DNA of 64,000 nt from Candidatus Latescibacterota bacterium (GCA_965248265.1 CBDFJF010000002.1:2336001-2400000); one strand, 5' to 3'. Counted from the first letter of the stretch, positions 32,011 to 42,088 are shown. Numbers and translations are program-made. The notes: generated from the letters alone by a model not told the origin.

Positions 32011-32885
32011 ATGTCCACGTGGTAGATGGCACGTATGAGTTGTTCCGCCATTTTTTCGCCATGCCGCCGCGTCGCGACAACGATGGCAATGAGGTCGGCG
32101 CACTCCTTGGCGTCGCCAGCTCTATCGTTTCACTGCTGCGTGAGGGGGTGACCCATGTCGGTGTGGCCACGGATCATGTGATCGAGTCATTTCGCAATGA
32201 TCTGTACGCGGGGTATAAGAGTGGAGAGGGGATCGATCCAGATCTCTGGCGTCAGTTTCATCCGCTCGAGGATGTCTTGCGAGCTATGGGTGTGGTGGTT
32301 TGGCCGATGGTGGATCAGGAAGCGGATGACGGGTTGGCGGCTGCGGCCATCCGTGCGAGTGAGGATCCCGAAGTCAGGCGCGTCTTCATCTGCACGCCTG
32401 ACAAGGATCTTGCCCAGTGTGTGCGCGGAGATTCCATCGTGCAGTTCGATCGTCGCCAGGGCATCATGAGAGACGAGCAAGGCATCGTGGAGAAGTTCGG
32501 CGTGTTGCCCAAATCCATTCCCGATTTCCTCGCGCTTGTCGGAGACTCAGCGGATGGTTTTCCAGGGGTTCCGCGCTGGGGTGAGAAGAGTTCTGCCGGT
32601 GTGCTTTCTCGTTACCATCACCTCGAAGCCATTCCGAAAGAAGTGGCGCAATGGGACCTCCAGATGCGCGGCGCGGCCGGTCTGGCCACATCACTGCACG
32701 AGCACTGGGACGATGCGCTGCTGTTCCGCGATCTGGCCACCCTGCGCACGGATGCGGAGCTGTTCAACGATGTGGAGGAGTTGCGGTGGAAAGGGCCGAC
32801 AGCCGAACTCCCGGCTATCTGTGAAGATCTGCGTGCACCGGACCTCGTGGAGGAAGTGGCCAAGCTTGCCTCGGCGGCTGCGTGA
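32007..32885 (+). CDS. 5'-3' exonuclease / flap endonuclease (PolA N-terminal-like, stand-alone)
   Basis: VDGTY, SFRNDLYAGYK, EADD, DKDLAQ, LVGDSADGFPGVP; ATGA overlap with the PIN remnant. Confidence 0.9.
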   Translation: MNVHVVDGTYELFRHFFAMPPRRDNDGNEVGALLGVASSIVSLLREGVTHVGVATDHVIESFRNDLYAGYKSGEGIDPDLWRQFHPLEDVLRAMGVVVWPMVDQEADDGLAAAAIRASEDPEVRRVFICTPDKDLAQCVRGDSIVQFDRRQGIMRDEQGIVEKFGVLPKSIPDFLALVGDSADGFPGVPRWGEKSSAGVLSRYHHLEAIPKEVAQWDLQMRGAAGLATSLHEHWDDALLFRDLATLRTDAELFNDVEELRWKGPTAELPAICEDLRAPDLVEEVAKLASAAA

Positions 32886-32906
32886 TCCGGACGCCAGACC
32901 CTGTCC

Positions 32907-33293
32907 TTACTGCGAAAGACTCACATCGATCTTCGTATCGGGGTATTTGCTCAGTATGAACTGAAGCGCGAGCGCCGTGTGACAGCGCTGGGCGTCCGGA
33001 TTCTTTTTCGTCGGGCAGCTGCAACCAAGAAATACGTTGTCGTCGCGACTGAGTTGTGCCAGTTTGTCGAAAGGCGTTTGGTCTTCGGCAAAGCGGTTCT
33101 CGACCAGCTGGCAGTAGGCCGCGGCGAATCGCTTCCACCCAGGATCGCTCGGGTCCCGCAGGTAGTCCTCTACCATTTCCGTGCCGGGTCGCAGGCAGTG
33201 CCTTGTGTGTTTGCGCGCATCCTGACGGATGCCGTCAGGCCAGGCATGACCCTCCGGCCTCTTTCCGCGGTAAATCTTGTAGCGTCCCAGCAT
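32907..33293 (-). CDS. Hypothetical protein, DUF488/YeaO-like
   Basis: W..F...Y..L and a V.LGCSC......CH..L pattern. Confidence 0.55.
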   Translation of the reverse strand: MLGRYKIYRGKRPEGHAWPDGIRQDARKHTRHCLRPGTEMVEDYLRDPSDPGWKRFAAAYCQLVENRFAEDQTPFDKLAQLSRDDNVFLGCSCPTKKNPDAQRCHTALALQFILSKYPDTKIDVSLSQ

Positions 33294-33367
33294 GCTCTTC
33301 AATCTGCACGGTTACGCGCTGGTTCTTTCCAGCGCACTGGTAGCTGGGCTGCAAACCCCGCTCATCG

Positions 33368-34378
33368 TCAAGAAGACTTCTCCACGAATTGAATCCAAGC
33401 GGGCGATTTGCCCACTTCGATGCGCTCCAGCTGGTTCAGTTGTCCGCTGTCGTGGTCGATCCGGTAGGTGACAATATGCCCGGTTCTCTGCCCCGCGGAG
33501 ATCACGAAATTGCCACCCGGGTCGAGGGCAAAAAAGCGGGGGGTTGGATCGGTCGGCTGATGTCCCCTGGCCGTCAGGGTACCGTCATCGGCCACCTCGA
33601 AGATGGCAAGGCTGTCATGGCCGCGGTTCGATGCGTACAGGTGCCGGCCGTCCGGCGTAATGCGGATCTCAGCCGTTGTTTTGCTCTCACCATCCCAACC
33701 CTCGGGCAGCGTTGATATTACCTGGAAGGAGGAGAGGGTTCCCTTTTCGGGATCGAAGTGATGGGCACTGATCGTGCAGCCGTTTTCGTTGACGGAGTAG
33801 AGAATGTCCTTGTCCGGGTGGAAGACGAAATGCCGGGGCCCCTCCTCGGTCTCAGGCTGGATCTTGGGAGGATCGTTCGCTGAGAGTTCGCCGGTCGCTT
33901 CGTCAAAGCGGAATTGGTAGATGGCGTTGGCCGGACAGGTGTGCGGCACGAAGGCGAAGCGGTTGGAGCGGTCGAGCTGAACGCTGTGGGCGTGTTCCTC
34001 GGTGACGATCCATTGCAGCGGCTCTTTACTGAGTGAGCCGTCCGCGCCAATCCCGTGGACGCTGACGGCGCCCGCGCTGTAGTAGGCTGCAAGCAGGAAG
34101 CGGCCGGTGTTGTCGGTCCTGATGTAGGGGGGGCCGGACTCAATGTTCACCCTGCCGATCGGGGTCAGTACTCCGGAAGACTTATCCACGCGCATGCTCA
34201 GGAACTGTTTGGCTGAACGCAGACAGATGAACATGATGGAGCCGTCGGGACTGATGTCCATGGCTCCTGCGCCCCCGATGGCGATGTCCGCTTCCTGGGT
34301 CAGCTTACCCGTCTGTGCATCCATCACGAATTTTGATAGATGCTCTTTGCCTCCGTTCACGTACACGTGATAACTCAT
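33368..34378 (-). CDS. Lactonase family (6-phosphogluconolactonase-like) 7-bladed propeller
   Basis: HAHSV, GPRHFVFHP, LYASNRGHDSLA, PRFF. Likely start MSYHVY after GAGGGAG; the ORF extends in frame to 34468. Confidence 0.88.
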   Translation of the reverse strand: MSYHVYVNGGKEHLSKFVMDAQTGKLTQEADIAIGGAGAMDISPDGSIMFICLRSAKQFLSMRVDKSSGVLTPIGRVNIESGPPYIRTDNTGRFLLAAYYSAGAVSVHGIGADGSLSKEPLQWIVTEEHAHSVQLDRSNRFAFVPHTCPANAIYQFRFDEATGELSANDPPKIQPETEEGPRHFVFHPDKDILYSVNENGCTISAHHFDPEKGTLSSFQVISTLPEGWDGESKTTAEIRITPDGRHLYASNRGHDSLAIFEVADDGTLTARGHQPTDPTPRFFALDPGGNFVISAGQRTGHIVTYRIDHDSGQLNQLERIEVGKSPAWIQFVEKSS

Positions 34379-34533
34379 GCTTTCTCCCTCTTCCAGGTCA
34401 TACCGGTCAATGGCACAGGCGGTAGTCGAGACAAGCCAGACAGCTGTCAATAATAGGATTCTGATCATGGCCGTGCTTCTACTTTAGGGCTGGCCCCGGG
34501 TTTCGGTTCCAGTTCAGCGGCTCTGCGGCACCG

Positions 34534-35033
34534 TCATATATATACCGGTAAAAGGTCGCGAACACGCTCCTGCGCAGCTTCCGGCCACTCGGTTACCCGT
34601 TGATTGGCGTTCCCTTCGCGCTGACCAAGAACCGCTTGCATGGGCTCGGGCAGTTGATGGAACAACGGATGAAACCACAGCGTGATCACGGTGCGGCGCA
34701 AGTCTGTGTTGTTGGCCCAGACCGAGTGCAGCAGTCGGCTATCACCGAGATCGCCGGCTTTGACGCAGACATCAACCTCCCCGGGCTGATTCAGGTAGAG
34801 AGGGTGGGTGAGATCCCCGGCTTTGTGGATTTCCTCCGTATGCGCTTCCGGCAGGTCGTGCATAGGATGCCGTTTGAGATGGCTGCCCGGGATGAGCCGC
34901 AAGCAACCGTTTGCCGGTATCGTGTCGATGAGGTAGTACATGAAGAAGATCTGCTGCTTTGTCGAGTAAGCGATCGGACGCGTCGGTGACCCGTTTTACC
35001 ATATCCGGGTCGAGGATCGACAGTCAGGCTCAT
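34534..35033 (-). pseudogene. PhyH-family dioxygenase remnant with internal deletions
   Basis: QIFFMYYLIDT..NGCLRLIPGSH, KAGDL-GDSRLLH (VI missing). The N-terminal piece DPDMVKRVTDASDRLLD is joined out of frame and the HxD region is absent. Confidence 0.75.
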
Positions 35034-35421
35034 AGTGAATCTCTGGAGACTAAGGGAGAAGTCCGCATCATAGCGTATCGATGGCGTACCTGCAACCGGT
35101 TGTTATGCCCGCATTGGCGACCGCACACGATCATTCATTGTCTGGCCCTTTCGAGATCGCCTCGGAGTAGAATGTCACGGTGCGAGGTCGGGGCGGAGTG
35201 TCGCTGTGAGGAGAAGTTTCGTACCATGCGAATGTCAACACCAGACCCGGAGACGGACCTAGGCTTCGTCTCAACCGGATCGGTCCGCCGTACTGGACCT
35301 GATTAAGGATCAAGACGATTTTGATCCTGCCAAGTATGAGGGCATGATCATCCGCGTCTGGCAATCCTCCTGATCGGCGAGGTCGTGGAGTGATCAGGCA
35401 ACTGCAACCACGGAGAGAGGC

Positions 35422-36258
35422 ATGATCAAACTGAGCTGGCTGGCACGGGCCACCGACGCCAAGGTTTTCGACGAGCACGTCAACTTCGCCGTCGATGCCG
35501 GGTTGGATGTCATAGACTTCCATCTGAGTGGGATGCCCCGGGATCCCAAGTTCCTCACTCGGATCAAGGCGATGTGCGTCAGGGGCGGTCTGCCGGTCGG
35601 TTACATGGGGGGCGGCAGTTTCGTCGGTCCACAGGAAGCACGAGCGGAGCGCCTGGAAAAGAGCCGCGGCGATGTCGACATGGCCGCCTTCATGGGGGCG
35701 CAGATGCTGCGGGTGTTCGCCCGCCACAAGTGGCCGGATACCGAAGAGGAGCAAGAGAAGTTCTGGGGTCCGATGATCGAGGATTTCCAGGAATGTGCTG
35801 ACTATGCCGCCGGGAAGGGTGTGGTCATGGCGTTGCAGAATCACAATCACGGCAGCTTCGCCATGAACGCGGACCAGGTCCTGCGCATCCTGCGGGAGGT
35901 CGACAAACCCAATTTCACTTACATCATGGATACCGGTCAGTGGGAGGGCTCCATTGGTGGCTCTCCGCGTGGCTGGCGCGATTTCACCGTGGATATCTAC
36001 CGCGACCACATGGAACGTGTCGCCGAGCATACGACGCTGGTGCGAGCCAAGATCTACAAGATCGACAATGGCTGGGATGAGTGGCTGGACTATCCCCGCA
36101 TCTTTCGGATTCTGCGCCGGCACGGCTTCAACGGCAATGTCTCCCTCGTCTTCGAGGGTGGGGCGCCGCCACGAAATCGCTTCGACATGTACGAATGCAT
36201 CCGCCTGGGAGCCCGGCACCTGCGGCAGGTCATCGATCTCGCGTACCTGTATCACTGA
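35422..36258 (+). CDS. Sugar phosphate isomerase/epimerase (AP endonuclease 2 TIM barrel), copy 1
   Basis: LRVF, LQNH, DTGQW, RAK, LDY, VFEG. Confidence 0.85.
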   Translation: MIKLSWLARATDAKVFDEHVNFAVDAGLDVIDFHLSGMPRDPKFLTRIKAMCVRGGLPVGYMGGGSFVGPQEARAERLEKSRGDVDMAAFMGAQMLRVFARHKWPDTEEEQEKFWGPMIEDFQECADYAAGKGVVMALQNHNHGSFAMNADQVLRILREVDKPNFTYIMDTGQWEGSIGGSPRGWRDFTVDIYRDHMERVAEHTTLVRAKIYKIDNGWDEWLDYPRIFRILRRHGFNGNVSLVFEGGAPPRNRFDMYECIRLGARHLRQVIDLAYLYH

Positions 36259-36270
36259 GGGAGAAACGTT

Positions 36271-37104
36271 ATGCTGAAGATCTCATACATGGCGCGCGCT
36301 CAGGATCATGACTCCTATGACGGCCTGGTCGCCTACGCCAAGGATATTCGTCTCGACGCCATCGATTTCCACGTCATGGGCGAACTCCAGACCACTGATT
36401 TTCTACGCAAACTCAAGTTTCAGTGTCTGCGCGCCGGATTGCCCATCGGCTACTTCGCTTCTGGTGTGAGTCTGGTTGGTCCGCACGATCGGCGCGGTGA
36501 CCGACTGGCCCGCGCCAAGGCAGACACGGACTCCGCGTCGTTGGTCGGGGCCCAGGTCGTCCACACCTTTGCGCGTCACAGATGGCCGGAGACCGAGGAA
36601 GAGCAAGAGGAATTCTGGCAGCCGATGATAGAGGATTTCCAGGAGTTGTGTGACTATGCGGCCGCCAAGGGCGTCATCGTCAGTCTGCAGAACCACAACC
36701 ACGGCAGCTTCGCCATGAACGCCAACCAGGTGCTGCGTACGCTGCGAGAGGTGAAGCGCCGCAATTTCACCTACATCCTGGACTCCGGTCAGTGGGAGGG
36801 CTCGAGAGGGGGCTCGCCGCGCGGCTGGCACAACACCGAATTGGACATCTACCGCGAGTACCACGCACGGGTCGCGCACTATGCCACCGGGGTCCGCGCC
36901 AAGATCTACAAGATCGACAACGGCTACGAGGAGTGGTTGGATTACCCGCGCTTCTTCAAGATTCTGCGCGATGCTGACTACAATGGCACCGTCTCCGTCG
37001 TTTTCGAGGGAGGGGCCCCGCCGCGCAATCGCTTTGACAGGGAGAAGTGCATCGAGATGGGGGCAACCTACCTGCGCGAGTGTATCGCGAGGGCGTACGC
37101 GTAG
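36271..37104 (+). CDS. Sugar phosphate isomerase/epimerase (TIM barrel), copy 2
   Basis: Tandem paralog; LQNH, DSGQW, RAK, VFEG; RBS GAGGGAG. Confidence 0.85.
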   Translation: MLKISYMARAQDHDSYDGLVAYAKDIRLDAIDFHVMGELQTTDFLRKLKFQCLRAGLPIGYFASGVSLVGPHDRRGDRLARAKADTDSASLVGAQVVHTFARHRWPETEEEQEEFWQPMIEDFQELCDYAAAKGVIVSLQNHNHGSFAMNANQVLRTLREVKRRNFTYILDSGQWEGSRGGSPRGWHNTELDIYREYHARVAHYATGVRAKIYKIDNGYEEWLDYPRFFKILRDADYNGTVSVVFEGGAPPRNRFDREKCIEMGATYLRECIARAYA

Positions 37105-37146
37105 ACGGCTGAGCAGATAAAAACCGCAACTTCCCGGAGGGATAGA

Positions 37147-37968
37147 ATGATCAAGCTGGGCTGGATGGCGCGTGCGACCGACGCCGAGGTTTTCGAGGAG
37201 CAGGTGAAGTTCGCCAGCGACCTGGACCTGGATGTCATCGACTTTCATCTGGGGGGAATGCCCCGGGAGATGGACTTCATCATGGAGATCAAGATGAAGT
37301 GCGTCCGCGCCGGGCTACCGATCGGTTACCTGGGTGGTGGCAGTTTGGTCGGGCAACCGGAGGAGCGCGAGGATCGTATGGTGAAAGGGCGTGCCGACGT
37401 GGACATGGCGTCCGTCATGGGGGCGCAGATGCTGCGGGTGTTCGCCCGTCACAAGTGGCCGGATACGGTGGAGGAGCAGGAGGCGTTGTGGCGTCCCATG
37501 ATCGCAGACTTCAAGTCGCTGGCGGACTACGCCAGCGAAAAGGGGGTCATTCTGGGCTTGCAGAACCACGACAACGGCAGCTTCTGCATGACCGGTGAGC
37601 AGGCCCTGCGCATCCTGAGCGAGGTGAACAAAGACAACTTCACATTCCTATGGGATACCGGCCAATGGCTCGGTTCCATCGGCTCCCACCCGCGCGGCGA
37701 GTTCGATCCCAAGGTCGATATCTATGAGGACTACCTGATACCGACCGCGTTCTGTGCCAGTTCTGTGCGCGCCAAGATCTACCAGATCGACACCGGTGTT
37801 GAGACCTATCTCGATTACCCGCGCATCTTCAACATCCTGAAGGACGTCAACTACAACGGCAACATCTCGATTGTCTACGAAGGGGCGGAGGGGCGCAACA
37901 CCTGCACGCCGGAGGAGGGGATCACGCTGGCGGCGAAGTACCTGCGCAAAGTGATTGGGGAGGTGTAA
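37147..37968 (+). CDS. Sugar phosphate isomerase/epimerase (TIM barrel), copy 3
   Basis: Tandem paralog; LQNH, DTGQW, RAK, VYEG; RBS GGAGG. Confidence 0.85.
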   Translation: MIKLGWMARATDAEVFEEQVKFASDLDLDVIDFHLGGMPREMDFIMEIKMKCVRAGLPIGYLGGGSLVGQPEEREDRMVKGRADVDMASVMGAQMLRVFARHKWPDTVEEQEALWRPMIADFKSLADYASEKGVILGLQNHDNGSFCMTGEQALRILSEVNKDNFTFLWDTGQWLGSIGSHPRGEFDPKVDIYEDYLIPTAFCASSVRAKIYQIDTGVETYLDYPRIFNILKDVNYNGNISIVYEGAEGRNTCTPEEGITLAAKYLRKVIGEV

Positions 37969-38247
37969 TCATTCCGCCTCAGCTACCGCCAGCGGGATCT
38001 CGACTCTCGTTTTCCACTGAATCTCGTATCGAGCCCCTTCGGAGTATTTACTCGTGATAAAAGCGTGGGCAAGCTGTGCTCCGTGCTTGCGAGCTTCGTC
38101 TTTGGTGGGGAATTGCGGCTGCTCGTCGAGCGGCACCTTGGAAATATCTACGCGGTCCCCGTGGTCGTCACACACCTTTATTTTGTCCACTCTGTACTTT
38201 CCACCTTGCATGCGGAGGATCCGGATACGTGCGGTTAATGCGGACAT
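37969..38247 (-). CDS. Small hypothetical protein (92 aa)
   Basis: Strong RBS AAAGGAG, protein-like composition, AT-rich upstream region with TATACT (38292-38297, minus strand). Confidence 0.7.
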   Translation of the reverse strand: MSALTARIRILRMQGGKYRVDKIKVCDDHGDRVDISKVPLDEQPQFPTKDEARKHGAQLAHAFITSKYSEGARYEIQWKTRVEIPLAVAEAE

Positions 38248-38340
38248 CTCACTCCTTTCACATCACGAGTGACCCTAAACAGAAGACGCATAGTATAAGC
38301 AATCGCAGGCAATTTTTTGTCCTGTGTAAAAAAAATGTTT

Positions 38341-39885
38341 TCACTCATTCTGTTCTGCCGGAGGTGGCAACACGATGAAGTCCTCACCCGCTTCCCGTCG
38401 TGCGTAGCGCCCGATGTAGCCCATCAGCGAGTCCCACATGTCTCCAAGTGACCGCGCCTCGTCTTTGATCTTCAAATACTTCTCTTTGTGGCTGACCGGG
38501 TGCAGGCCGATACGGTAGGTGCCGGCGAGCCCTACAGCAAAATCATCGAGCGTCCTGTCCTCGGCCGGAACAGTCAGGTCTCCCGCTTCGATCCAGAAAC
38601 TTCCGGACCCTGAGCCAGATCGTATCTTCTCCACGCGGCCGTAAATCACATCGTCAAAGCCTCCGACCTCCTCATCGAGCATGAAGTTCACTGGCGAGCC
38701 GATCTCGACCCCCACCATCTTTGAGCGTGGGAGCTCCAGCCCGATGCGCTTGCGCTGGGCGCCGACCCAGATTTCGGCGACAAGCTCACCGCGGCGCACA
38801 TGAGTGGTCGAACGGGACCCGGCCAAATGTATCAGTTTTCCACGGCTCCACCCGGGTTCGGCCTTCAATGCGATCCCACCGCCGGCGGGGAGCAGGTCCC
38901 GTTCCGGCCCGGACTGGTCCGGGGAGCGGCCAGGGGCTGCCACGTAGGCCAGGTTAGTCAACCATTGCCGCTGCGACTCGGTGCGGAATTTGAGAAAGTC
39001 CGTCTGTGCCTTTTCGTAGCGGTACTCCTGCTCCAGGACATCCGAAGGCTTGTCACCGCCAAGCGCTGCGGACAATTGTCGCTCGTTCAGAGCCAGCTGT
39101 TCGTGGGACGTCTTCAGGCGCTCGTAGTTCCGTTCGATATCGCCAAACTCTCGTTGTGAAATCAGTCCCTGATCCAGCAAGTCGCGGTACTTCTCCAACA
39201 GGGATTCGCCGCTGGCAGCCTGGCGTTCGAATTGTTCCTTCTCGAATTCCAGCTGCTTGCGCTCCAACGTCTGAACTTCGAGCTGTGTACGGGTTTGCTG
39301 GCGTTCGCGCAAGTGTTGGGAGAGCAGCAAGTCCACGTACGCCTCACGCGGGCGTACCTGCTCCTGCAGCTGTGCCAGTTCCATGGCTTCTTTGGAGAAG
39401 TCGGCAATCAAGAGACGCTCTCCCGGGTAGACGGTGCTCCCTACCGACTTCAGGCGCGCGCCGATGAAGAAATCGTCCTGGGCATAGAGCCGTACGACAT
39501 CGCCCGAATGGGGTATGATGAGGGCTCCGTCACCGGAAATGAACTTGTAGGTCGTGCCTTCCAGAAAGCGACTGATCTTCGGCACGACGGCCACGACCTG
39601 GTACACGGCAAAGGCGACCACCGCCGCCAGCAACAGCAGCCCGTAGGCAGACTTCAGCAAACGTCCAAGGAGTCTGAACGTCAGTGGCACGATAAGCAGA
39701 ATGAACGCGAGACCGGGTTGGCCGGCCGCAACAGCCAGGCCCAGGCAGACGAAGATCCAGACCACCCACCAGAAATAGCGCCGCACCTGGAGGTAGCGAC
39801 TGCCGTGCTCGGTGAGGGACGCGCGTTGGCGGATCCTGACGATGGCCTCTTCCGCCGATTTGGCCAGCACTCGGATCTCGTTCAC
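38341..39885 (-). CDS. HlyD-like membrane fusion/periplasmic adaptor protein with multi-TM N-terminus
   Basis: Hydrophobic N-terminus, lipoyl half-motifs (VGSTVYPGERL; VRRGELVAEI), long coiled coil (LDQGLISQREF), GRVEKI beta-barrel; 4-bp overlap with the ABC gene. Confidence 0.7.
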   Translation of the reverse strand: MNEIRVLAKSAEEAIVRIRQRASLTEHGSRYLQVRRYFWWVVWIFVCLGLAVAAGQPGLAFILLIVPLTFRLLGRLLKSAYGLLLLAAVVAFAVYQVVAVVPKISRFLEGTTYKFISGDGALIIPHSGDVVRLYAQDDFFIGARLKSVGSTVYPGERLLIADFSKEAMELAQLQEQVRPREAYVDLLLSQHLRERQQTRTQLEVQTLERKQLEFEKEQFERQAASGESLLEKYRDLLDQGLISQREFGDIERNYERLKTSHEQLALNERQLSAALGGDKPSDVLEQEYRYEKAQTDFLKFRTESQRQWLTNLAYVAAPGRSPDQSGPERDLLPAGGGIALKAEPGWSRGKLIHLAGSRSTTHVRRGELVAEIWVGAQRKRIGLELPRSKMVGVEIGSPVNFMLDEEVGGFDDVIYGRVEKIRSGSGSGSFWIEAGDLTVPAEDRTLDDFAVGLAGTYRIGLHPVSHKEKYLKIKDEARSLGDMWDSLMGYIGRYARREAGEDFIVLPPPAEQNE

Positions 39886-41882
39886 GAGGCATCCTCCACG
39901 GCGCGCATGAGTTCCAGATCAATCGTTGGCAGTGACAGGACGTGACGGATGTTTTCGCGGGCGAGCGCTCTGAATTCGGGACATGTGCCCAGCAGTTCAC
40001 GCCGTTGTCCGGAGCCGACGAGGCGGCCGTTGTGCAGGAAAACGAAAAACACCCGGTCGTCGGGCAGGGCAAAGTAGGGTGCCAGGGTGTGCGCGACGAC
40101 GACGACGGTGCGGTCCTGTGAAGCCAGACCGCATATGGTATCCACCAGTTCGTTTTCTTTGAACTTGTCCAGGCCGCTGGTCGGTTCGTCGAAGAGCAAT
40201 ATCGGGCACTGGGTCAGGAGCGAGAACCCGATGCTGACTCGCTGTTGCTGTCCACCGGACAGATTGCCCGATAGACCGGCCATGCGGTCCAGCCCTTCGC
40301 GACGCTCCATGAGCTCTGCCCGCTTCGGCTCGAAGCCGAACAGCACCCGGCCCAAGTTTTGTATGGGACCGTAGCCCACGTCGTCGGTGGATACCCGGAC
40401 CTCCTGCTCCATGGCCTCGATCTCGTCCAGCACCTTTGCCATGCGAAGAGCGTGCTCAAGATCTTCGGCACTCGAGTCGGGGGAGAGCAGCTCGGCATTC
40501 TGCAGGATGGACATGGATAGCAGAGAGATTTTCTGGGATAGATAGGCCATCAGCATGGACAGGTTGCTGCGATCGATTTCACGGACGTCGGTGCCCCCAA
40601 CCAGAACCTGACCCTGGCGCGCTTCCACGGAGCCCCTCAGTAGCTTCAGCATCGTCGATTTGCCGCAACCGCTGGCTCCGCACAGTACCGTCATTTTTTC
40701 GCTGGGCACGCGGAAGGATATGTCTTCAAGAGCCGGCCGGGCTGACTCGGGCGTATCCGGGTACCTGAAGGTGATGTCTTTGAACTCGATCTCGTGTCTG
40801 GTCAGCGGAAGTCGCTTGGAGCGCAGCTCCTGTTTCTCGCTATCCGCCATGTCGAAAAATTCTTCGCACCATTGCACGCTCACCAATAACGGGATGATAC
40901 GCTGCCACGATCTGATCACTGCCAGTATGGGGCCGAGCACCCGCTGAGCATAGGCGTTGATGACGATGTAGAACGTCAGGGAGATGGCCCCTTCAATCAC
41001 CTGCAGGCCGGCGATGAGGGCGATGCCGATGGTGAAGATGACGGAGACGGCGCTGCTGCAGGCCTCCCATACGTTTCGCTGGTTCCGGGTTCTGCGATCC
41101 TGACTGATCATTCCCTCGACCTTGCTCAGCGTTCGTCCGCTCATGCGCTCGACGGCGTCGAATGATTTGATCAGGTCCGAATTGGCCAGGGAGTCACTGA
41201 ACATGGACATGGCTTCGTCCCGCAATCGACTGTGCTTCCTCTTAACTCGGCGCATGCGGGACTTGAAGAAGGACATCACCACCACCTGCAATGGAATGAC
41301 CAGGAGCAGCAGGGCAAATACGGCCTCCGACAGGAAATAAACCACCACGAATGTAGCGATGATATTGATCAGGTTGGTGATGAGACTTGGCAGGAAGTCG
41401 CTGTAGAACTGGCTATAGGCAGGCAGGTCGCTGTTATAGGTCGAGTAGAGCCGGCCGAGCCCCAACCGCTCCTTCGACTCTTCCTTCATCCCCTCCATGT
41501 CGCCCAGAAATCGCCGCCGCAGATCGTAGATCAGGTTGAAAGACCCCTCGGTAGACAGATAGCGGTACAGCAACGAGGTGGCTACGCGAATGACCTCCAA
41601 CAGCGCCCAGACCAGACATAAGGTGATCAGGGCATAGCTGCTCTCCTGCAGATCCACTACCAGCGGCAGGATGCTGCCGACGATGATGGCGGCGGGAAGG
41701 GGACGCAGAAACTCCATGCCGACATCCATGAAGGCGACGACGATAGAGCTGACGTACCAATGCGCGCTGACCGCACCCCGTTTCAGCATGAACCAGACCA
41801 ATTGATGGCCCTTCAGCTTCTTCTTCTTTTTGCTTGCCAGGCGGTACTCCAGCACTCTGTCCGCAGCGGCTATTCCCGTCAT
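39882..41882 (-). CDS. ABC exporter, fused permease + ATPase
   Basis: Six-TM ABC membrane domain; Walker A GASGCGKST, LSGGQQQR, LLFDEPTSGLD, VAH. Confidence 0.92.
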   Translation of the reverse strand: MTGIAAADRVLEYRLASKKKKKLKGHQLVWFMLKRGAVSAHWYVSSIVVAFMDVGMEFLRPLPAAIIVGSILPLVVDLQESSYALITLCLVWALLEVIRVATSLLYRYLSTEGSFNLIYDLRRRFLGDMEGMKEESKERLGLGRLYSTYNSDLPAYSQFYSDFLPSLITNLINIIATFVVVYFLSEAVFALLLLVIPLQVVVMSFFKSRMRRVKRKHSRLRDEAMSMFSDSLANSDLIKSFDAVERMSGRTLSKVEGMISQDRRTRNQRNVWEACSSAVSVIFTIGIALIAGLQVIEGAISLTFYIVINAYAQRVLGPILAVIRSWQRIIPLLVSVQWCEEFFDMADSEKQELRSKRLPLTRHEIEFKDITFRYPDTPESARPALEDISFRVPSEKMTVLCGASGCGKSTMLKLLRGSVEARQGQVLVGGTDVREIDRSNLSMLMAYLSQKISLLSMSILQNAELLSPDSSAEDLEHALRMAKVLDEIEAMEQEVRVSTDDVGYGPIQNLGRVLFGFEPKRAELMERREGLDRMAGLSGNLSGGQQQRVSIGFSLLTQCPILLFDEPTSGLDKFKENELVDTICGLASQDRTVVVVAHTLAPYFALPDDRVFFVFLHNGRLVGSGQRRELLGTCPEFRALARENIRHVLSLPTIDLELMRAVEDAS

Positions 41883-41908
41883 GACGGTATCCTCTCACGC
41901 CGCGGGGC

Positions 41909-41937
41909 AGTATACAATCGGGTTGGGCCGTTGGCAG
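41909..41937 (-). promoter_or_regulatory. Putative sigma70-type promoter of the ABC/HlyD pair
   Basis: Minus strand CTGCCA-N17-TATACT, about 26 nt upstream of the ATG, with RBS GAGAGGA. Confidence 0.4.
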
Positions 41938-42088
41938 GGGGTAAGACCAGGCGGATAACTTGCACGCTCGTCATTACTCGGGCCTCCTCTGGCTCTGGCG
42001 AAACCGGGCTGGCTTCGCATCGCCACCTGGAGATACGATAGAGAACCTGTTGGTCCGTGCCTAATTGACGCGTGGACGGGGCACAAGC

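Noticed and set aside
35034-35421. Long spacer with hairpin AGGATCAAG..TTTGATCCT as possible ncRNA
   Set aside because: A single short hairpin with no further structure; may be decayed coding sequence.
35131-37248. Long minus-strand ORFs (374 aa, 281 aa)
   Set aside because: Antisense shadows of the TIM-barrel genes, common in high-GC DNA.
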